From Patescibacteria group bacterium (GTDB lineage: Bacteria > Patescibacteriota > Patescibacteriia > Magasanikbacterales > GWA2-37-8), in assembly GCA_041649475.1 (NCBI GenBank), contig JBAZNA010000001.1:611308-675307 (forward strand): a stretch of 64,000 bases of DNA, read 5' to 3'. The first letter of the stretch is position 1. The number at the start of each line of letters is the position of its first letter. Below the pieces are notes generated by a model. It was not told the origin of the DNA, made no database searches, and saw nothing but the letters and a program-made list of their open reading frames with translations. This document shows positions 59,155-64,000 of the stretch, one piece after another. The position numbers and the translations under genes were made by a program.

Positions 59155-59165
59155 ATGGGCGCTGA

Positions 59166-59465
59166 TTAATTTTCCTCTTCAGCAAAAACGGCGGGCACTA
59201 CTAGTTCATTTTCCCGCACCTCCGGCATCTGCCCGATTAAGTCCTTTTTAATTTCACTATCTCTTGGCACATCCTCGCGCACCACATCTTCCAAACCCGT
59301 CACCTGCGAAGTTTGTTCCACGCCTTTGGTATTAACCTCATTTAAAATTTTCATATAATCCAAAACCGCGGAAATTGTTTCCGCGTGGCGCTTTTCCTCT
59401 TCGGCTGTTAAATTTAACCGCGCCAAAGTGGCAATCTTCTTTACCTCTTCTATCGAGATGGACAT
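59166..59465 (-). CDS. gatC: Asp/Glu-tRNA amidotransferase subunit C
   Basis: ISIEEVKKIATLARL, REDVP, VVPAV; upstream of gatA. Confidence 0.94.
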   Translation of the reverse strand: MSISIEEVKKIATLARLNLTAEEEKRHAETISAVLDYMKILNEVNTKGVEQTSQVTGLEDVVREDVPRDSEIKKDLIGQMPEVRENELVVPAVFAEEEN

Positions 59466-59515
59466 AATGGCTATATTTTACTGGAATTACAAGAGTTTGG
59501 CAAATGACAAGTTTT

Positions 59516-59551
59516 AAAAAAAGAAGCTCCGCACGCGAACGCGCACGGAGC
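59516..59551 (-). terminator. Intrinsic terminator of the small GC-rich orphan
   Basis: Minus strand GCTCCGTGCGCG-TT-CGCGTGCGGAGC followed by TTCTTTTTTT; G.U pairs on the mRNA strand. Confidence 0.75.
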
Positions 59552-59584
59552 ATGTCTGACCTCATTCGTCATTTGTTTTCTCGC

Positions 59585-59845
59585 CTACCCCTCCACGAAC
59601 ACAGTCCCAAACGTCAGACGTTCGCCTTCCGGCGTCCGGATTCCCTCCTGGATCTGCTTGTGCCACTGGTTCTTGGCCCGCCACCAGTCAGCGCTTCTGA
59701 CTTTGGTGTTGTGCCAATGTCCATTGCGCCAAATCAAATAGTGGGCCTTGTGCCTCCCGGGTTTTCTGGACATCACCCGCAGTACTTCGCCTACAAAGCG
59801 TGGAGCAATACCATCAGCTGTCTGCATTATCTTGACTAAAGCCAT
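59585..59845 (-). CDS. GC-rich small hypothetical protein (W/H/R-rich)
   Basis: GAGGAGG SD at 59853-59859, TTGACA promoter inside the MFS 3' end, own terminator. Confidence 0.7.
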   Translation of the reverse strand: MALVKIMQTADGIAPRFVGEVLRVMSRKPGRHKAHYLIWRNGHWHNTKVRSADWWRAKNQWHKQIQEGIRTPEGERLTFGTVFVEG

Positions 59846-59882
59846 GAGGTTGCCTCCTCTTTGGAAAACTTTTTGCCATTAT

Positions 59883-61070
59883 TTAACCACTAGAAGAAGA
59901 GTTTGTCAATTTTGGGGCTGTGGAAAAGGTAAACATCACCGCCGCTATAGCCGCCATAATCCCGCCAAAATAAAACGGCGCGCTCGGGCTAACTTTTGTC
60001 CACAAAAGTCCGGCGATGATTGAAGCAAATAACACACAAATTCCAACGACCATCTGCTGGGCGCCAAAAGCCGTACCGGATTTTTCCGTCGGTACCATCG
60101 TTGACATATAAGCGCGGCTTATTCCGTCGGTCAGGCCTATGTAAATTCCATAAAGAGGAAATAAAATCCAAATAAATACCGGGCTCTGAATAAACCCAAA
60201 CAACAGATAAACAATCGCAAACAGCCAAAGCCCGACTGCTAAAACTTTTTTCGGGCCGATTTTGTCGGTAATCACTCCGGCCGGGTATGAGAAAATAGTG
60301 TAAGCAATATTATACAAAACATAAGCCCCCACCGTGAGCGTTACATCCAAGCCCAAATTCTGCGCCCTTAAAATCAAAAACGCGTCCGAACTGTTGCCAA
60401 TGGAAAAAATCAGCATGATCAGTAAAAAATATTTAAAAGACGGACTGAAATCAGACCACTTAAATTTTAAAACTGCCGGCACCTGCGCCGGCAACACAGC
60501 TTCTCTCTTTTTTTCTTTAACCAACAAAATCAACAATAACACACCGATAACCGAAGGAATGGCAGCCAAGAAAAATACATTGCGGTAATTTTCAGAATAG
60601 ATGTCCACCAAAATCAAAGCCAGAATCGGGCCGATCACCGCGCCCATACTGTCCATGGAGCGGTGCAAACCGAATGCCCGCCCGCGTTGCTGTGGCTCCA
60701 CACTTTCCAAAATCAAAGCGTCGCGCGCGGCTACGCGTGTGCCTTTGCCGAAACGATCAATAAACCGGGCAAATAAAACAAACGGCCAGCTCTGGGCCAA
60801 ACCGATTAAAACTTTGGCGATTCCCGATAAAGAATAACCAATGGTGACAAAAATTTTTCTCTTCTTCAGTTTATCTGAAATCCAGCCGGAAAATAATTTA
60901 AACAAACTGGCGGTGGACTCGGCCACCCCTTCAATCAAACCGATAATCGCCACCGGCGCGCCCAAAATGGTTTTCAAAAAAATCGGTATGATCGGATAAA
61001 TCATTTCCGAAGAAATGTCGTTAAATAAACTCACCAAACCCATGGCCACCACGTTTCTTGGCATCTTCAT
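59883..61070 (-). CDS. MFS transporter
   Basis: LVSLFNDISSEMIYP, ARFIDRFGKGTR..ARDALI, RGRAFGLHRSMD; about 12 TM. Confidence 0.93.
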   Translation of the reverse strand: MKMPRNVVAMGLVSLFNDISSEMIYPIIPIFLKTILGAPVAIIGLIEGVAESTASLFKLFSGWISDKLKKRKIFVTIGYSLSGIAKVLIGLAQSWPFVLFARFIDRFGKGTRVAARDALILESVEPQQRGRAFGLHRSMDSMGAVIGPILALILVDIYSENYRNVFFLAAIPSVIGVLLLILLVKEKKREAVLPAQVPAVLKFKWSDFSPSFKYFLLIMLIFSIGNSSDAFLILRAQNLGLDVTLTVGAYVLYNIAYTIFSYPAGVITDKIGPKKVLAVGLWLFAIVYLLFGFIQSPVFIWILFPLYGIYIGLTDGISRAYMSTMVPTEKSGTAFGAQQMVVGICVLFASIIAGLLWTKVSPSAPFYFGGIMAAIAAVMFTFSTAPKLTNSSSSG

Positions 61071-61084
61071 ATGTCCTGGAGATT

Positions 61085-61354
61085 TTATTTTTGCTGCAGG
61101 TCTTTCTTTTTTTGTTCGTATTCTTCTTTATTGATTTCACCCTTTGCGTATCTCTCGTCCAAAATCTTGAGAGCGCTGTTTCCTTCCGGCTCATGAAACC
61201 GGCCATAATATCCGCCTCGCATTCCGGCTCTGCGCACCAGCGACACAATCGCCCAAACAATCACGACCCAAAAAATAACTATAAGAATCATCATAATTAT
61301 GCCTCCTGATCCAAAATTCATTCCCCAACCATTGTAATAGTATGGATACATCAT
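61085..61354 (-). CDS. SHOCT domain membrane protein
   Basis: TM followed by ALKILDERYAKGEINKEEYEQKKKDL. Confidence 0.9.
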   Translation of the reverse strand: MMYPYYYNGWGMNFGSGGIIMMILIVIFWVVIVWAIVSLVRRAGMRGGYYGRFHEPEGNSALKILDERYAKGEINKEEYEQKKKDLQQK

Positions 61355-61413
61355 AGAATTATACTATGTATCTACATTATCATTCTCCGAAAATTCCCGT
61401 CAAATCGGCACAG

Positions 61414-61746
61414 CTAAACTTTAATGTTCTTTAATTCTCTTCGCATGGTTCTGTAATCCGGAAAAGTTTTTGCCACCAAGGCCCAAAATCTTTTTGAATG
61501 GTTCATCTCACCCAAATGACACAATTCATGTACCACCAGGTAGTCAGCCAAGTGATTAGGTAAATATACCACCTTATAATTAAAATTCAAATTTCCTTTT
61601 TTGGAACAGCTCCCCCATCTGGTTTTTTGATTGCGAATGCTGATCTTTCTGTATTTAAACTTATAAATCTCGTTAAAATTTTTTAATTTCTCCAAAACTA
61701 AATCATACGCCCGGCCGCGCTGGCGTATGAATTCTTTTTTTGGCAG
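61414..61746 (-). CDS. M48/YgjP (DUF45)-family metallopeptidase; start uncertain (CTG at 61746 or an upstream overlap)
   Basis: RNQKTRWGSCS, DYLVVHELCHL, NHSKRFW. Confidence 0.8.
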   Translation of the reverse strand: MPKKEFIRQRGRAYDLVLEKLKNFNEIYKFKYRKISIRNQKTRWGSCSKKGNLNFNYKVVYLPNHLADYLVVHELCHLGEMNHSKRFWALVAKTFPDYRTMRRELKNIKV

Positions 61747-61759
61747 AAGACGCTTGGTT

Positions 61760-62317
61760 TTAGTTTTGAACCAAAATAGACGCCGACCCGCCGCCGTTAC
61801 AAGTAATATAATATGTTCCGGCCTTATTCGGCGCGGTAGCAATTGCATAGCCATAAGCTCCAACCGTAAATGTCTGATATTGATAAATCGCAATTTTGCG
61901 TGAAAAACCATCACGATTGTCAAGCATGAATTTTTTGCCTTTCTTCATGGTTAAAGAACCGGGAGAAGCATGACAATCAACAAACTGAAAATAATAGCCG
62001 GAATTTTTATAAATCTTTAAGGCATCAAGGTATCTTTGGGTGGCGGAAATCGGGGTAGAAACCTTGGTTGTGGATTTTTTCGCAGCGTTTGGCGTGCTGG
62101 TCGGAGTTGAGGTTGGGACAACGGCTGATGTCAAACTTGAAGTCGGGTTTAGACCTTGTTCATTTTGGTTGGGTGTGCCAATAGGCGTCTGACCATTTTT
62201 CCAAAACAAATAGACAATCAACAAAACTGCCAAAATCCCCAATCCGATTACCCAATACTTTTTATTATTGTCATGCATATTTTCTGTAGGCGTAGGTGTA
62301 GGTGTTTGCGTTTCCAT
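61760..62317 (-). CDS. Hypothetical membrane-anchored protein with T/P/S linker and small beta-sandwich domain
   Basis: TM at about aa 21-40, low-complexity linker, C-terminal domain ending AGTYYITC. Confidence 0.7.
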   Translation of the reverse strand: METQTPTPTPTENMHDNNKKYWVIGLGILAVLLIVYLFWKNGQTPIGTPNQNEQGLNPTSSLTSAVVPTSTPTSTPNAAKKSTTKVSTPISATQRYLDALKIYKNSGYYFQFVDCHASPGSLTMKKGKKFMLDNRDGFSRKIAIYQYQTFTVGAYGYAIATAPNKAGTYYITCNGGGSASILVQN

Positions 62318-62416
62318 AATATATAAAAAATTAAAACTTACTTAAAATGAAACCTGATTTAGTGTAGCAAAAAAACACGCTTGAGGCAAGTATTTTAAAA
62401 AAACAGCCCGGTCGCA

Positions 62417-62599
62417 TTATTTGCGATGGGCTGCTTTTCCGCCTTTCCGACCGGCTCGACGGGCTTCTTCGGGTGTAAATTCATGCGCCGTCCCTCTCTG
62501 ATGCGCGGCTTGTCCGCCGATACGGGCGATCTCCCGCTGTCTGGTCGGACTCATGGAGGCGAACCCTCTTTTGCTTTTATTGGTAATTGTATATTCCAT
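62417..62599 (-). CDS. KGG-repeat general stress protein (YciG/GsiB-like)
   Basis: RGFASM..RQREIARIGG..HEFTPEEARRAGRKGG. Confidence 0.9.
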   Translation of the reverse strand: MEYTITNKSKRGFASMSPTRQREIARIGGQAAHQRGTAHEFTPEEARRAGRKGGKAAHRK

Positions 62600-62676
62600 A
62601 ATAGAAATTTTATAAACCTTTATAATTCATACCTAACTGGTATATATTTCTATTATCCAACATGGCCGACACGTTG

Positions 62677-63936
62677 TCAAGGCACGGGCTTCTTAAAATA
62701 ATTGACGGCGAATGAAATCAGCCGAAATAACAAAATCAAAAATGTCAGCCAAAAAATGCCTAGGGCAATTCCGGCCAAAACATCGCTTAACCAATGCACG
62801 CCCAGATACACGCGGCTGAAACCGATTAAAATAAAAAGAAAGATATTGACGCCGATGTATAGGGCTTTTAAAATTTTATTTTTAAAATAATCTTTAAAGG
62901 CATAGATCAGCAGGCCAAAAAATATGGTTGAGAGCACTGCGTGTCCGCTCGGGAAGCTATACCCCGATACGAAGAGCAGCTCCACCGGCGGCCGCGGCCG
63001 GTGAACCCAAGATTTTATCAAAATATCAAACAGCGTTCCGCCGGCTAAACTGAAAAAAAATAAAAGCGCATAATACCATTTCTTTTTTATAATCAAAAAT
63101 ACCAGTAACAACAAGACCAGCGCCAGCAATGTATAGGGGCTGGCGACAAAAGTTAAACCCAGCATTATTTTATTTAAAATCGCGCTATGGAGAAAAACCA
63201 TTTTTTGATTCACCCAAAGATCAATTTTGGTAATCAATTCACCGTCAACTACATCTTCGGTGATTTTTGAAAACAAATATATACAAATCACGTTAAAGGA
63301 AATGGCGTAAATATAATATTTTTTAAAAATATGCCGGCGTTTATTGATGAAATGATAGCCGTAAATCATAAACAATCCGGCCACTATTCCCCAAAAAACT
63401 ATGCGTCCGATATATTTTGAAGCGACCGCATAGCTGGCGCCAAAAATATAACCGATCAAGACCGAGGAAACGGCCCAGCTGATGCCGCCGATGAGGTTAA
63501 AAAACAAAAATTTTGCTAGCGGTATATCGGACAGGCCGGCGGCAAACGGGGCAAAAGATCTGGTAATTAAATTGAATCTGCCGATAATGAGTGTTTTGCC
63601 GGTATGGGTTTCCACCAACTTTTTTGTTCTTTCCAAATATTCTTCTTTGAAAAAGAAATACTTGCCGTATTTTTTTACAAAATTATAGCCGTATCTGCGT
63701 CCAATCGCATAACCCGCCAAATCACCGGCGATGGCGCCCAAAGACGCGACCGCCATCACCATAAAAATATTGAGCAATCCGATATTGGCAAAAAAACCGC
63801 CGGCAATAACAACCGTATACCCGGGCAGAAATACGCCGACAAGCGGTATGGTCTCAAGCAAAGCGGATAAAAAAATAATCCAATAACCCCAATGGCCAAG
63901 TTGAGATACAATTTGCAATAAATTAGCAATGCTCAT
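62677..63936 (-). CDS. DedA-PAP2 (phosphatase) fusion membrane protein
   Basis: GVFLPG, GDLAGYAIGRRYG, IIGRF (DedA); K..VHRPRP, SFPSGH, SRVYLGVHWLSDV (PAP2). Confidence 0.93.
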   Translation of the reverse strand: MSIANLLQIVSQLGHWGYWIIFLSALLETIPLVGVFLPGYTVVIAGGFFANIGLLNIFMVMAVASLGAIAGDLAGYAIGRRYGYNFVKKYGKYFFFKEEYLERTKKLVETHTGKTLIIGRFNLITRSFAPFAAGLSDIPLAKFLFFNLIGGISWAVSSVLIGYIFGASYAVASKYIGRIVFWGIVAGLFMIYGYHFINKRRHIFKKYYIYAISFNVICIYLFSKITEDVVDGELITKIDLWVNQKMVFLHSAILNKIMLGLTFVASPYTLLALVLLLLVFLIIKKKWYYALLFFFSLAGGTLFDILIKSWVHRPRPPVELLFVSGYSFPSGHAVLSTIFFGLLIYAFKDYFKNKILKALYIGVNIFLFILIGFSRVYLGVHWLSDVLAGIALGIFWLTFLILLFRLISFAVNYFKKPVP

Positions 63937-64000
63937 GAAGTTATTATAGCAAAACCCTACTTGAGAATAAAGACCTTGTCGCCAACTTTAACTTTCTGCG

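Noticed and set aside
62285-62312. Short GTAGG(C/T) tandem repeat
   Set aside because: Simply encodes a TPTPTP low-complexity N-terminus

Overview
Densely packed, moderately AT-rich bacterial chromosome segment. Its gene content and style suggest Patescibacteria/CPR, probably Parcubacteria-like (inference): AT-rich leaders without Shine-Dalgarno (SD), a short HrcA, rplI present, and DUF192/PEGA/DUF5666-type genes. It carries housekeeping genes (dnaB-ybaB-recR, rplU, mraZ-rsmH-ftsL, murJ, lepA, recJ, pyrG, rplI, era, ctpA, murA, rnhA, yidC, uppP, lgt, gatCA), a glycosylation cluster, a 2030-aa FG-GAP surface protein, an hrcA-grpE-hsp20-dnaK-dnaJ-ECF sigma operon with a variant CIRCE, and tRNA-Ser(GGA). 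I saw no CRISPR array, rRNA, transposase or integrase. The most notable signals are: (1) four dispersed copies of a long intergenic hairpin with a near-invariant apical motif (tandem G.A, bulged A, T.T) on sequence-variable but fully paired stems, plus a fifth hairpin with three tandem G.A pairs; (2) three GC-rich expression cassettes (pyrE-pyrF and two orphans) that have strong SD sites and their own terminators, unlike the surrounding genes checked; (3) a NUDIX-GrpE fusion; (4) a membrane-anchored Hsp100/Clp ATPase with a degenerate first AAA module. Family assignments come from motif recognition, not database searches.
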